Notes under the pieces: model-generated
Told to the model about the DNA's origin: nothing
Databases searched by the model: none
The model's input: only the letters and a program-made list of their open reading frames with translations
NCBI GenBank assembly: GCA_024137785.1
Contig: JAHRHZ010000268.1
Coordinates: 7,913,485-7,977,484 of the forward strand
Length of the DNA: 64,000 bases
From: Ginglymostoma cirratum
Lineage: Eukaryota
Direction of reading: 5' to 3'
Position numbers and translations under genes: made by a program
Shown here: in pieces, positions 24,860-37,600 of the stretch
Layout of the letters: every line of letters starts with the position of its first letter
How positions within the stretch are numbered: the stretch's first letter is position 1

Positions 24860-26000
24860 AGCACCCCTTTTATATTGGATAAATGACACTAAACACCTCC
24901 TTCCCTGATCGGCAAAGTGATATCTTGTCATTGGTTTCCTTTCAGTTTCTATCAGAAAACCAATAATCAAACGGAAGACATTTGGAGTTCAGTTCCACAT
25001 TCTGAAACATTTTACTCACCTTCAACCAGCCACTCTGACAACAGAAGTTTTCTGTTCATCTGCAATATTGAAAGGCACCTTTTCAGACACTACTTCGCAA
25101 CTTCGAATTGGAACCAAAGAAACATCTTAGATAAGGCTGTTATTTTTCAATGCCTTGGGTTCCAATAGCTGTTCTCACACCCTGTCACCTACCAAGAATG
25201 CGCACATCAGCTTTGACAAGAAAGCCTTTCGTTTTATTTATATACCCGCAGAACATGATGTACAATAATATTATTGTCAATGTTGATGTCCATCGTATTG
25301 GCGAGTCCTGCAACAGTTGACCTTGCCAATTCTGGATTGGATGGTAGGCTCGGTAAAAAGAATTGATTGGTGGATGGGAGCCAGGTGAACGTGAATCCGC
25401 ACCTTTCAACATCTCTGTTCTTTTTCATTCATGTCAATCTCTTTTTGCCAAGTATCAGAGGCAATGATCTGAAGACCTGGCTCATGGTCCAATGCCAAAT
25501 CTACAAATGAAAATATCAAGAGAGATATGATACCGTGCAAATATTCGTAATGATAGTCAGAGAAGCCAATGTTGGTATTTCCAACGTTAAAAAATGTTAT
25601 TTTGCTTCACAAATAAGCAGATTAAAATATTACAGACTGCAAGAAACGTTATTGCTTGTTCAATTCCACATAATAAGGCAACCCAGTTCCTGAGAATCTG
25701 GGCAGCCTATTTAACATCGGAAGGTCTCACAGCAACTCCTATAGATGTTGTCAACAGACATTCGCATGCATTTGTTAGATAGTGGATACCAGCAATTAGC
25801 TGGAAGCAGATACCAGGGATTGAACATGTGAGACTTGTCCAGTCTCTGCATTGAGTTACACATGAAACACGAAGCCATTGGAAATTTTTACAGCATAATT
25901 GTAAAGGTGACATGCACGAGGTGTGCAGGAACTTAGTAATGTCAGTAGGAGGAAGGTTTATTTCCTCATTACCTATATTTACTTTGCCACAATGGTCAGT
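24860..26000 (+). mobile_element. Possible highly decayed DIRS-like (tyrosine recombinase) retrotransposon
   Basis: Weak motif echoes, by eye, in DIRS order across frames: HILKHF / HSDNRS / FRFIYIPAEH (RNase H-like), ATVDLANSGLDGRL (methyltransferase-like), FTNKQIKILQTARN...FLRIWAAY...IPAISW (recombinase N-terminal-like). Confidence 0.35.
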
Positions 26001-26429
26001 GGGCACAAATATTACATGATCTATTATAATGAATCAGTATGATGAGTACAACATGTACATGATCTCATTTTTCTGAAGCTGTTGAGGGGGCAGGTAATAT
26101 TGTTAGTGATACCATCTGCACATTGAAATTAGTGTTTGAGGAGGTGATGACAGAGAAGTAATGCCAATGAAAGAGATGCAATAATGGAAATGACAAAGCA
26201 CAAAAGAAAAGAATGCAATCTTTTACTCGACATCATTCGTTCACATAATAAATGCCAGGTAACACATCAATCATGACATGAGGAAAAAACACTTGCGTTA
26301 CTCCGGAATAACTGCTAATGCTAATGTGTAGAGAACTGCTGCCTGGATAAACAAGGGCAAATTTAATGTTTGGTAACAGGAGAGTTCATTAATCCTGTGC
26401 AGAAAAGTTGATAGTTCCACACGGTCAGG

Positions 26430-26720
26430 GGTGAGCTGCAGACACCCTTCCCAACCAGCTGTAAACACAGGTAATATTACACAAGCAGCATTTTCCCACA
26501 AATGGTAATGATCTTTTGATAAGATAATTTTTTTTTTAATCAGAAATAAATATTGGCAGAGTAGCCCTGCTTCCTTCAGAGAGTGCCACAGAATCTTTTC
26601 ATTCATCTGGCATGTAGGCAGGACCTCAATATGGCATTTCATTGAAAAAAAGTGCCTCTAAACTGTCAGCCTCGTTTCAAGTCTCCAGAGTTGGACCAGG
26701 ACTTCCTGACTCCAACCAAC
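26430..26720 (-). mobile_element. Deu-domain SINE fragment
   Basis: GAAATAAATATTGGCAGAG...CCTGCTTCCTTCAGAGAGTGCCACAGAATCTTTTCATTCATCTG is the reverse complement of the family body. Confidence 0.6.
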
Positions 26721-26729
26721 TGTTTAAAG

Positions 26730-27100
26730 CCTCAATTTAAAAATCTCATTCTTCTACTGAGATATCTCCAGGACTTCATCTCTCCCTACCTCCATAACTT
26801 CCTCCCATTCTCCCAGAAACCTGCCTTCTAGCTCCTTGTGCCTCCTTCAATTCCTTCATCCACGACATGTGGCTGGATATGCCTTGAGCTATCAAGGTTC
26901 AAAATTCTGGAGTTCCCTTCCTGAACCTTCCTGTCCCTCTGTCTCTCTCTTCTCCATTATGACACTCCATGAACTTGATCCCTGCACAGATATTGTAATC
27001 TTTGGCTCAGTGTCAACTTTTGACTGACGATATTTCTGCAAAGTGTTTTGGAATATTTTACCGCACTAAAGGCATTATATAAGTGCATGTTGTTGTAAAT
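26730..27100 (+). mobile_element. L2-type LINE 3' end
   Basis: TTTAAAAATCTCATTCTT...CCCTACCTCCATAAC...TTCTGGAGTTCCCTTCCTGAACC...AAAGGCATTATATAAGTGCATGTTGTTGT; similar to 50460-50800. Confidence 0.65.
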
Positions 27101-29175
27101 ATGAAGAGTGTCTGTGTGAGAAATGGACTGCCATATGTTATAGCCATCAGTGAAATGTGTCTGCATGCCACGCACAAGGCAGTGAAGTGGTTTTGTAATC
27201 AGTGGCCTGTACAGACCTTCCCCTCTTTTAAAGAACATTGAGCCAATAGTTAAATGATACAGTTAGAAATAATTGCAGGCCGTAAAGCTGAAATATCTCA
27301 AGTTCAGACCATCCTGCAAAAGGCCTAGAATCCAGACTTCAAAAAGTGATCTCACTATCAGCGTAACCATTGATGTTGGAAAACAAGCATAAACCCTAAG
27401 AGGTGTTTCTTTTGCACATTTTTGCTTCACTAGAGATACATCAAAATTATCAATTTTGAAACTGGTAGCTTTTTCATCCTGTGTGTCATTAACACTTTTC
27501 AGCAGAGTTTAACTAAGAGCAATGAAGAGACTGGCAAAAAAATGGAAACCACATTTTTCATGTGACTGGAATCTAAAGAGTGCTGAAATGTTTCATTTGC
27601 ACAAACACAAATCAGATGGGAACACATTCAATGACGTGCAATATATCCAACAACTCAGAATGCAAAATGTAATCAATGGCAGGAAAGCAATACGCTCAGG
27701 TTATGAAACAACTACACGAGCATACCCTTATTTCATCTTTCTTCAAACTGGGTCAATCTCTGCAAATTTTTCACAAAATATTTTTAGTTTTATATTCAAC
27801 CTAATATACTTAAAGTACATGGACTTGCTGTGCTAAGTAATTTGAGCTGGGCTTGGTCAAAGTGAGTCAGGAATGCAAAGATCATCAACCTCTCTAATCA
27901 TCAATAAGTTCAATTATAAAATCCTGTAACTCCTCTAATGGCTTTGTGTTAAATCTTTTTATGTTATTAATAATCTATCGAGGCTGTGTAGGTTCAAGGT
28001 TTTACTTTCTGCTCTGAACTTAGTTAGCTGATCTCAAACAGGGAAGTAGTGGAGACAGTGTGCAATTTGCTTCAACATCCTGTGGAAAATAATTAGCCCT
28101 GGATTACATTTGTGGTATATGACCCAGTGATTCGTTTTAGAACATGTACATGTGGAGGGTGCTATTTGAGTTCACAATGTGGAGTGGATGTGGTGAAAAG
28201 CTTGCCTACATTCGAAATCAAGACTCATCTGTTCAAAGACACTAGCTTTAGGGCAGTGAGTGCACAGGGAAATAAAGGGACATGGTATACTTTGTCCTGG
28301 AGAAAAGTTCTCATTAGTCTGCTGTTTTAAAATGTAACCAAAAAAAGAGAAACTCATAGAGGAATTTAAAATATTAAATGCTACAGATTAAGAAAAGCCA
28401 CAAAGTAACTTCAAGGTAAATCATTGTAGAGCCAGAAGCTGTACATTATAAATTAATGAAGATTACATCTTGAAGTGAGATGCATTGAGGAAAATATGCC
28501 CCTCAAACATCTTGAATAATCCAGCAGGTCAAGTAAAGTTAAGTGCAATGACCTGGATTTTAGAGTCAGAAATGAAAGAACGTCACTCACCACTCTCACA
28601 TTCCTGAACGCTCCATGTAAAGACTCAAGAGGATATTTACACTCTCACCAGTATTCAGGAAACAATGCAAGTTTAGAAACATTCTGATTGGCACACAGCT
28701 TGAAGTGTTTACCAAGTGGAACCCACTCAAATACTTTCAAATATCTGCCCAATCTGGGAGCGAAAGAGACCTCATGAGACCACTGAACTCATGCATTTTT
28801 GATTCCAGCTCAAGTGAAAGTACTGCAAATGCTGATGCCCTTAGTCAAAAGAGTGACCACAGGAGGAAACCTACACCTACCAGCTGGAGGGGGCAGTGGC
28901 CAATGCCATGCCCATGCCCCAAATCAAAGGCAGCATTACCACCCCAATCTCCTGTGACTTTTGGACTAAGATTCAACACAGTGTCACCTGTTTCCTTTTG
29001 AGTGAGATCCACACCAGGTCCGGATGTGTAGAGCCAATTCTGGTTTCAACTTTTCCATGCATCTCAAAAGAGGACCTCACACGTCTTCAACTGATTTTGG
29101 ACATCAATAAACTCACCATTATAGGGAAACCTAACATCCATGAAATCAGTGCCAGATGATGAAGTAATCCTAATA

Positions 29176-29261
29176 GGTCTAGGCCCGAAACATCAGCTTT
29201 CCTGCTCCTATGATGCTGCTTGGCCTGCTGTGTTCATCCAGCTGTACACCTTGTTATCTCT
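29176..29261 (+). mobile_element. Family A PLE half element
   Basis: GGTCTAGGCCCGAAACATCAGCTTTCCTGCTCCTATGATGCTGCTTGGCCTGCTGTGTTCATCCAGCTGTACACCTTGTTATCTC. Confidence 0.8.
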
Positions 29262-29949
29262 AGGCATGAAACTTGGTGAGGTACTGGAAAAAGATTATGG
29301 AGTCCTCTATCGACTGGTTCATGACAAGGAGAAGGAGGAAGCAACTTACCCGTCACCTCTAGTGTCAATTGTTGGGAGTCGGACACAGAACGAAAGAAAA
29401 AAAATGATTGTCCTGACCTGACAGCCGTAGTACTGACCTGGGTAGCTGCTGATTTTGGTGATGACTGTCATCATTGTGAGAGATGTACTTTGTCATAGCA
29501 GGAAAGTGACTTCACCAGCCCCCTCCTCCCTCCTCCCCCAGCACAGATTCCTGGTCACTAAGGGACCTCTAGACCTGATTAGTCCATTGTGGGTCCAGTT
29601 GTCAATGAAAAAGGCCTTCAATGAATCTTCAGGTCCTTAACCCCAGTAGTTATGGGACTGAGCACATTCACATACTCTCAGGTGTCTTCACCAAGTTCCC
29701 ACAGGCCATTCCCACCCATGACCGAAATGTCTCAACAATAGATAGAGTAATAGGGAGGATGGTGGTGAAGTCACTTTCCATATTGGATTCACTTTGATCA
29801 GGGTTGGATCTTAGAGGACAAGCTTCTACAGGGGCTTTGCAATGTCCATAGCAGTACCAAGAGGCACACCACCCCCTCTCGTCCAGAGGTCCATGGACAG
29901 TGCAAACAAATCACCCGTACCCTGCACGACCGTCAGTGTACCATGCCTC

Positions 29950-30180
29950 CTGAGTGACTAAAAAAGTGGCCTGAATACTTTCCGGAGCTGGATTATGCTT
30001 GTAACCATGCTCATCTCTCTTCCCAGACTATGCTCCATACTGGCTCTTCTTGGAGGAGACTTTGTCTGTTGTGTGGACCATTTCCTTCGGCTCAGCACAC
30101 CTTCAGATGGAAATAGCCAGGTCAGTGAGTAGATCACTGAGCACTGCACGAGGCTAAACCACACATTCGAGCTGGTGTCC
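29950..30180 (-). mobile_element. Possible PIF/Harbinger Myb/SANT-like ORF relic
   Basis: Translation LFPSEGVLSRRKWSTQQTK...TSIIQLRKVFRPL echoes LFP..G.RR...TK.AW...RT..QCRK.F.DL of Harbinger-associated Myb/SANT proteins; weak. Confidence 0.35.
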
Positions 30181-32734
30181 AATAAGACTGAGGAGAACCA
30201 CTGAGAAGATAAACATAAAACAGATCACAAGGCTGACAGGGTTGACCTTCCAATTGGCTCAAAGTCTTCCTCTGAAATGGGTATATTAGGGGATGGAATA
30301 AGATACAGGATGCATCAGACCCTGAATATCACAGAGTTGTCAAACAATTGGACACACCTGTATTGGTGAATAATGGGAGGGGGATTGGGGGGACCAGTGT
30401 CAGCAAACGGTACCCGAAGAGGTGTTGTACGATGTAAGGAGTCTGCTGGATGATGTGAAGGCAAGCAACTCACTCTGTGGCATGATGGAACCTGTACACA
30501 TGCGTGTGCGATGGCTCCAGCAAGGGAGAGTCAGATCGTGATGCATATTCCTGAGTGACCTGTGCCTTGTGAATGCAGAGATACACCTGGTACACAAGAC
30601 TCCCACCTTGGAAAATGGTGCAGGGAGGACCTGGCTGGAGGCAGAAACTGAATCAACCAGTGCTGGCCATGAAATGATGACGAGATCTTTGACTGACCAA
30701 TGTGGGTGATTGGGCACACAACCTAGCTCATGTGGAAGGTACCAGTACAGTTAAGAGGCTGAGAACACTCCTATGAGCAAATGCTGGATATTACCCTAAC
30801 CCTGACCAATTGCCCAGATCAGTAATGCAAGAAGAGAACGTAGCCAAAAATGTGGACTTCAATATTCTGGCCATCGTTGTATAATTGAACCGACTAATCA
30901 TGCTCTTGCTTAGCACATTGTGTCTCTGTGTTGCGTGTCATTGCCAGAATGGTAGGTTTCAAGCAGTGTGTAATTGGACTTCCAGCTGCAGGTGGCAGCA
31001 GTTAAACAGACTCTCACTGGGTAATGAAAGAGTTTCTTTGGAGTAATGAGTGTTGATGGGAAAGGAGAGTAGCTAGACAAAGGAATTCCTCAATCCAATG
31101 TAAACTGTGGTCATTCCATGCACATGGTGTAGTGTTTGTACCTTATTCCCCTTGTTTTTTGTGACCTGATGCCATTTGGAACAAAGAACCCTTGCTCCAT
31201 ATTTTGTGGGCTTTCTGTGCAGTCAAATCTCATGTTACACTCTGAATAGTTAATGGTATTTTTCTATCTTTCAAATTATTCTAACAGAAAAGGCTTTCTA
31301 TAAATTTCATGTACTGAATGTAATTATAAATAAATATTGTGCAACAGTAGAATTTTATTTGGTTCAAAATGTGTGTGCTTTTTCTTCCTAGATTTGTCCT
31401 GTCCTTCCTAACAGGATTGATACTTCCTTCAGTTAGCAATTGAAGAGTGTGAGATTTCTTCTGGCGCCTTTCCAAAATGATCATTTTGCCTTTTGGAGCT
31501 ATTACTGGAAGGATAACAGGTCTTTCAACACCAACAGCATCATGACCAAAGCTAATTCTTCCCTCATTTGATTAGGGATGAGGATTAATGGTTGGACATA
31601 AATGGATTGCATTTGAGTCTCGGATTCTGTCCCTTTCTTTAATCAAGGTGCTAAGATGATTTGTTATGTCTCAATTAGATAGCCCAATTAACATCAACTG
31701 ATAGGTCGCAAATTAAAGATCTTTCCAGGAGCCGCCTTGTTGAGAAAGCTTCAGAGTCTTCAAGGGAACACTTAATTTAACCTTCATTACAAATGTCGAC
31801 AAAGTAAATAGGTGCTACATTAACACGGTCAGCAGTTGCTCTATTTGACGCCTTTAGCTCACAAATCAGTGGAAAACAATTTCTCAGCTTGAACATTCTA
31901 CATACAGAGCTCCTGTCCACATCATCCTAGCTTCATTGGAGCTGAAAGACCACCTTAGAATGCTCCTCTCCTCACATCTGAATGTCGATAATAATCAGAC
32001 AGCTTTACTCCTCTATCAGCTGTGTGCTCTTTATTAAATTGTTGTAGAATGGTTCTAGGACCATAAGACATTGGGGCAGAGGTTGGCCATTCTGTGCATT
32101 GAATTCCATCATTCAATGAATTCATGGCTGCTCTGATAATCTTCAAGTCCACTTTCTTGCTTTTCTCCCATAACCCTTGATCCCCTTACTGATTAAAGAT
32201 CTATCTTAGACTTAAATACGTCAACAACCCAGCCTTGACAGCCTTTTGTATTTAAAGAGTTCCACAGATTCACAATACATTAAGAGGAGACATTCCTTTT
32301 AATTTTTGTCTCATATGGGTGACAATTTTACTGAGATTACCCCGTGGTCCTAGACTGTCTCACAAATGGAAACAACCCTTCCATATATACTCCCCAAAGA
32401 ATCTTGTATGTTTCAATAAGATCATCTCTCATTCTTCTAAATGCCAATGATTACAGGCCAAACCTACTTAATCTCTCTTCATAAGACAGTCCCTCTATAT
32501 CCATGTTAGCCAAGTGGACCTTCTCTGCACTGCTCCAATGCCAGTATATCTTTACCTAGGTAAGGGCCTAAAACTGTTAACAGGATTCCAGCTGTAAAGT
32601 TTTAGCAAAATTTCCTGACTTCCATACGCCTTGTAATAATTGAAATAACGGCCAACATTGCATTTGCCTTCCTTGTTACCTGCTGAATTTTTATGCGAGC
32701 TTTTTGTGATAAATAGGCGAGGATTCCCAAGGCC

Positions 32735-32857
32735 GGCCAGGGAGGATCAGAGGAGCAGGAAGCTATCCTGCTCCCTGATGCTGCCTGGCCTGCTGTGTGC
32801 CTCCAGCTCCACACTGTGCTATCTCTTACTCCAACATCAGCAGTTCTTACTGTCTCT
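32735..32857. mobile_element. Family A PLE fold-back element with hammerhead deleted
   Basis: GAGGAGCAGGA-AGCTA-TCCTGCTCC hairpin; TSD GATTCCCAA(G/A)GCC at 32722-32734 and 32858-32870. Confidence 0.8.
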
Positions 32858-33129
32858 GATTCCCAAAGCCGTCTGTGCTAGAGATTTCTTGAGTCTTTCT
32901 TCATTTAAATAATATTTAGCTGCTTTATTCTTCCTACCAACATACATAACCTCACATTTCTCCACGTGATATCGAATCTGCCAAGTTTTTGCCTACTCAC
33001 TTAACTCGTCCCTGCCCCTCTGTAGACTTTGTGTCATTTTCATCGCTGGCATCCCCATCTATTTTTGTGTCATTTGCAAACTAAAATACATTCACTTTCC
33101 TCAGCCAAGTCATGAACATATAATATCTT

Positions 33130-33820
33130 GAGGTAGAGCTGGATGAACACAGCAGGCCAAGCAGCATCAGAGGAGCAGGAAAGCTGATGTTTTGGGTCCC
33201 AAGGGTCTAGACCCAAAACGTCAGCTTTCCTGCTCCTCTGATGCTGCTTGGCCTGCNNNNNNNNNNNNNNNNNNNNNNNNNNNNNNNNNNNNNNNNNNNN
33301 NNNNNNNNNNNNNNNNNNNNNNNNNNNNNNNNNNNNNNNNNNNNNNNNNNNNNNNNNNNNNNNNNNNNNNNNNNNNNNNNNNNNNNNNNNNNNNNNNNNN
33401 NNNNNNNNNNNNNNNNNNNNNNNNNNNNNNNNNNNNNNNNNNNNNNNNNNNNNNNNNNNNNNNNNNNNNNNNNNNNNNNNNNNNNNNNNNNNNNNNNNNN
33501 NNNNNNNNNNNNNNNNNNNNNNNNNNNNNNNNNNNNNNNNNNNNNNNNNNNNNNNNNNNNNNNNNNNNNNNNNNNNNNNNNNNNNNNNNNNNNNNNNNNN
33601 NNNNNNNNNNNNNNNNNNNNNNNNNNNNNNNNNNNNNNNNNNNNNNNNNNNNNNNNCAGCATCAGAGGAGCAGGAAAGCTGACGTTTTGGGTCTAGACCC
33701 TTGGGACCCAAAACATCAGCTTTCCTGCTCCTCTGATGCTGCTTGGCCTGCTGTGTTCATCCAGCTCTACACCTTGTTGTCTCAGATTCTCCAGCATCAG
33801 CAGTTCCTACTATCTCTCTC
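33130..33820. mobile_element. Family A PLE fold-back element spanning the assembly gap
   Basis: A hairpin is present on both sides of the N run, and the two loop sequences are reverse complements of each other. Confidence 0.8.
33257..33656. other. Assembly gap (400 N)
   Basis: Run of N. Confidence 1.
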
Positions 33821-34169
33821 GCTACATATATATACATACTGTAAATAATTGCAGTCAAACTACAGATCCCTGTGACACACCGGTAGTTATAGGTTGCCAT
33901 CCTGAAAATGCCCTGTTTGACCCAGCTCTGTATCTTCTATTAGTCTATCAGTCCGGTATCCATTTTCATGTACTAGCTCCAGCACCAAGGGCACTGATTA
34001 AGCAGCTTGACACATGGACCTTATGAAACATCATCTGGAAATCTAAATATATTGCATTATCTATCTTTTATCCATTCCGTATATTACCAACTCAAAGAAT
34101 TCTAGTAAATATGCCAGGTTTCTTTTTCATGAAGCCATGGTGACTCAACTTCATCAGCTTATGTATTAC

Positions 34170-34655
34170 TGGGTGACAGCCTCGTGGTGCTATCACTGGA
34201 CTGTCAATCCAGAGATTGAGGTAGTGTTTTGGGGACTTGGGTTCAAATCCTCCTGTGGCAGAGGGTGGAAGTTAAATTCAAATATTTAAAATCTGGAATT
34301 AGGAATGTGATGATGACTATGAGTCAATTGTCAGAAAAACCCATCTGGTTCACTCATGTCCTTTAGGGAAGGAACCTGCCATCCTTGGAGATAGTAAGAA
34401 TGGCCGATGCTTGAGTCAGAGATAACACAGTGTGGAGCTGGAGGAACACAGCAGGCCAGGCAGCATCAGAGGAGCAGGAAAGATGACATTTTGGGTCAGG
34501 ACCCTTCTTCAAAAATGCCTGCCATCATTACCTGTTCTAGCCTAACTGTGACCCACAGCAAAGTGGTTGACTCTTAACTGCTCTCTTGCCAATTAGGGAC
34601 GAGCAATAAATGCTGACTTAGCCAGCAATGCTCTTGTCCTGTGAATGAATTTTTA
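34170..34655 (+). mobile_element. tRNA-derived SINE (second family) nested in CR1
   Basis: B box GGGTTCAAATCC, body AAAAACCCATCTGGTTCACTCATGTCCTTTAGGGAAGGAA and tail GCAATAAATGCTGACTTAGCCAGC. Confidence 0.8.
34387..34517 (-). mobile_element. Family A PLE element nested in SINE
   Basis: Full arm GAGATAGTAAGAA...GGACCCTTCTTC; TSD CCTGCCATC(C/A)TT at 34375-34386 and 34518-34529. Confidence 0.85.
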
Positions 34656-37600
34656 AAAATTCTAAATGCTCTGCTATTAGTAGACTCTAATATTTTCCCA
34701 ATAACAGATAATAATCTAACTGGCTTATAGTTTTTTTTTCTCTTTTTAAGTAAATGTGTTTCACTTGTAGTTTTCCAATTCTCTGGGACTTTTACACTGT
34801 CTGAGGTTTCTTGAAAGATTACTAGCTGTGCATCCACTACCTCTGTAACTAATCTTTTCATATCCCATCAGTCCAGGAAATATGTTAAGATGCATCCTAT
34901 CAGCCCAGGCAAGCTTTCAGCCTTTAGCACCATTTAGTTCCTGAGCACTTTTTCTCCAGTGACAGTTGTTGTATTTAATTCCCCTCCTCCTTTTGACCCT
35001 TGATTATTTTGTAATTTTGGAACACTATCTTCACGGTCTTTTACTGAGAAGACTGATGCAGTGTATTTATTCAACTTTTCTGTGCCATTTCCTGGTTTCT
35101 CATTATTTCCCCAGCCTCATTCTCTAAGAGGCCAATGTTTGCTTTGGTCTCTGATCAGATTAATGTCAGAGACTGCTTTAAACTATATCTAATCTGATTA
35201 TGCCATAAGGGACTTGTTTGAGGAAAGACAGAACAACTTAGGATCTTGAACAGGGCAGACCTGTTGTTGCAGGTCTCCAGTGTTCTTTGCAACAATGTCT
35301 AATTTACTAATGTAATTAGTACCTGGTTGGTATCATACAATAAACTGCATTTTGTTTAAGACAATAGCCTCATCTCATTAAGGCTCATTAGTGGTTTTCG
35401 CCTACAACTGTGAACCAATTAGGCTATTGCACCCAATTAAGTAATAGAGGACAGAGGCAGCATACTCGCTCAAGCACAAGCTGGTGATGGTTGGCATTGC
35501 ATTACATACGACATAAATTAGCAACAATTTATTGCTTTAAGCGGATATATATTTGACTTGATTCCTCTTTTCCGTCTCAATTTTGTACCCTACTCCCTTT
35601 CTTTTCCACCCTCTGTAAATATGTTGGTGGAGTCATGATCACCTCAGTAGCACTGCGAATCCCTCTCTGAGCTAGTTGAGAGGGAGTCATTTGGAATACT
35701 TACATGAATTCCCTCTCTCGTAGCCACTGAATGTCCCAAATATGGCTGATAGTAAATGGAATACTGTACATCAAAACAACAAAATAGTTGTGGGTAATTG
35801 TTAATCTTGCTGCCTTGATTTGCATCAATTTTCAAAGCCCTGTGCCTCATTCAAGTTATTCTGAATGTCTGCATGAACATATTCTGGATGTTATAATAAT
35901 TAACTTTGCATTGACAGTGACCGAATGCAGTGCGATTTAATATGAGTCAGCCAAGCAGCATTATTCTTCTCAGAGATATAGAGCTGAATTTTTGTATTCT
36001 TCCACTGGTGTGTTTTCTGCGGGGGTGGTTGTGGAGTGGGTATAGAATTCCCTGTATTAGTTTCACAGCTACTGTAATCAGTCCACAATTTTACAGTGGC
36101 ACAGGTGAGATTGCTGACCCGACTATTTTAACCCCACCTGAGGCCAGTAAGTGTACAATTCATGATCACATTCAGGCCTTTCACCGCCCAGCTCAATTTT
36201 CACGCTGGTGGGAGCTGTTCAGAGGAGGGAAAGAACCCGGAAAGTCAACCTGTTCAAGCCTTGGGTGGAAAGGGGCCTTTTCTCAAGTTAGCTAACACCC
36301 CTTCCAACCCCAACACAAGATCTGGCCCCTGCAGGTTCTTCCTCTCACCCAGCCACCACACCAGCCTCTCCATTGAGGCCCCATCTCTCTAAGGCATCAC
36401 ATCCTCTCCATGCTTTGAGACCACCAGGATGACAAGATTTGTAATCTGGAGCCTACTCGTAGTCCTAGTCCTGTTCGCTATGGCTATTGTGGCTGCTGGG
36501 ATGAGTAAGAAAGGTCTTCTTCCTGGGTGAGGTGCAGATAACCCTACCCCTAACCCTAACCCTGCTCCAGCCAACTAACATTCCAAATAACCGATACCAG
36601 TGGGCATGCACACTCTGCTGACTCTTCTGTTTTCCAACGCCACCATCTGAAAAATCCTGCCCAGTTGTAAAACCACTGTAAATACTTAGTAGCTTCCCCG
36701 GTGCTTGAAAGAAGAAATGGTGCTGTTTGTTGCAAAGTTTTCCCTGAAATAGCAACTTTTCATTGTGTCGATTGATGTATGTATTTCCAACATTTATTGA
36801 TCACTGGAGCACTTACATTCATATAGTGTCTTTCAAAACCTCAGGATTTTACAACACTAATGACAACCATTCAAGAATTTGGACAAGTTGTCATTGTTGT
36901 GATGTAGGAAATGCTGCTGCCGGTTTGAACACAGCAAGATGCCGGAAATGGCACTGCAATATTGGCTGGATTATTTGGCCTTTAGTGATTTGGCGGAAGG
37001 ATAAACGTTGGCTACAACGCTGGGGAACTCCTCTGCTCCTGTTTGAAAAATGCCGTGGGATATTGTAGCGGGCAAAACTCTGGCAATTGACTAAATTATT
37101 CCCAATGTGATTAAAGGGTATAGGTATGTATTGGAGAGTGTGCGGGGAATGGCAAGAAAACTGATCTTTCATGTCAATGGCGCTCAAAGTTGAGCTCAAA
37201 CTTATGACTTTGAAAGATGATGGTTAAGGAATAAATGTATCAAGTGTGTAGAATATTAAATTATGCACATAAAGTAATTATGGAATATCACCTCAATGTA
37301 AACTGGAGAGCTTGGATGAAGAGGAAACAAATTCAAATTATTGGGAAGTAAATTTAAACTGGATATTAGGAGTAAAAATTCTTTATGCAACAACAAACAG
37401 ATTAAATATTAATTCTGTTCGTGAAACTGCATGATAAATAAATAAATAAGCAATGAATAGAGTTGTAATCTTTGTGCAGGGCAAGTATACTTTTCAAATG
37501 ATCAGTACTGAATGGGCATGTACTTTCAATACATTTATATTGTCCCTCAAGCTGATTACTTGGTATCAGTGCTGCCCTCACTAGGACCGCTGGGTACTAC

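Larger units (their letters stand above)
32060..35150 (-). mobile_element. CR1 LINE, decayed, with multiple nested insertions
   Basis: Tail GACCATAAGACAT at about 32060; minus translations QQVTRKANAMLAVI and IFQETSDSVKVPENWKT...NYKPVRLLSVIGKILES. Confidence 0.88.

Noticed and set aside
33070-33848. Long ORFs of 144-218 aa
   Set aside because: Artefacts of translating through the 400-N gap.
36539-36563. Interstitial telomeric repeat (TAACCC)n
   Set aside because: Only about four imperfect units, probably part of a decayed repeat; too short to indicate a fusion site.
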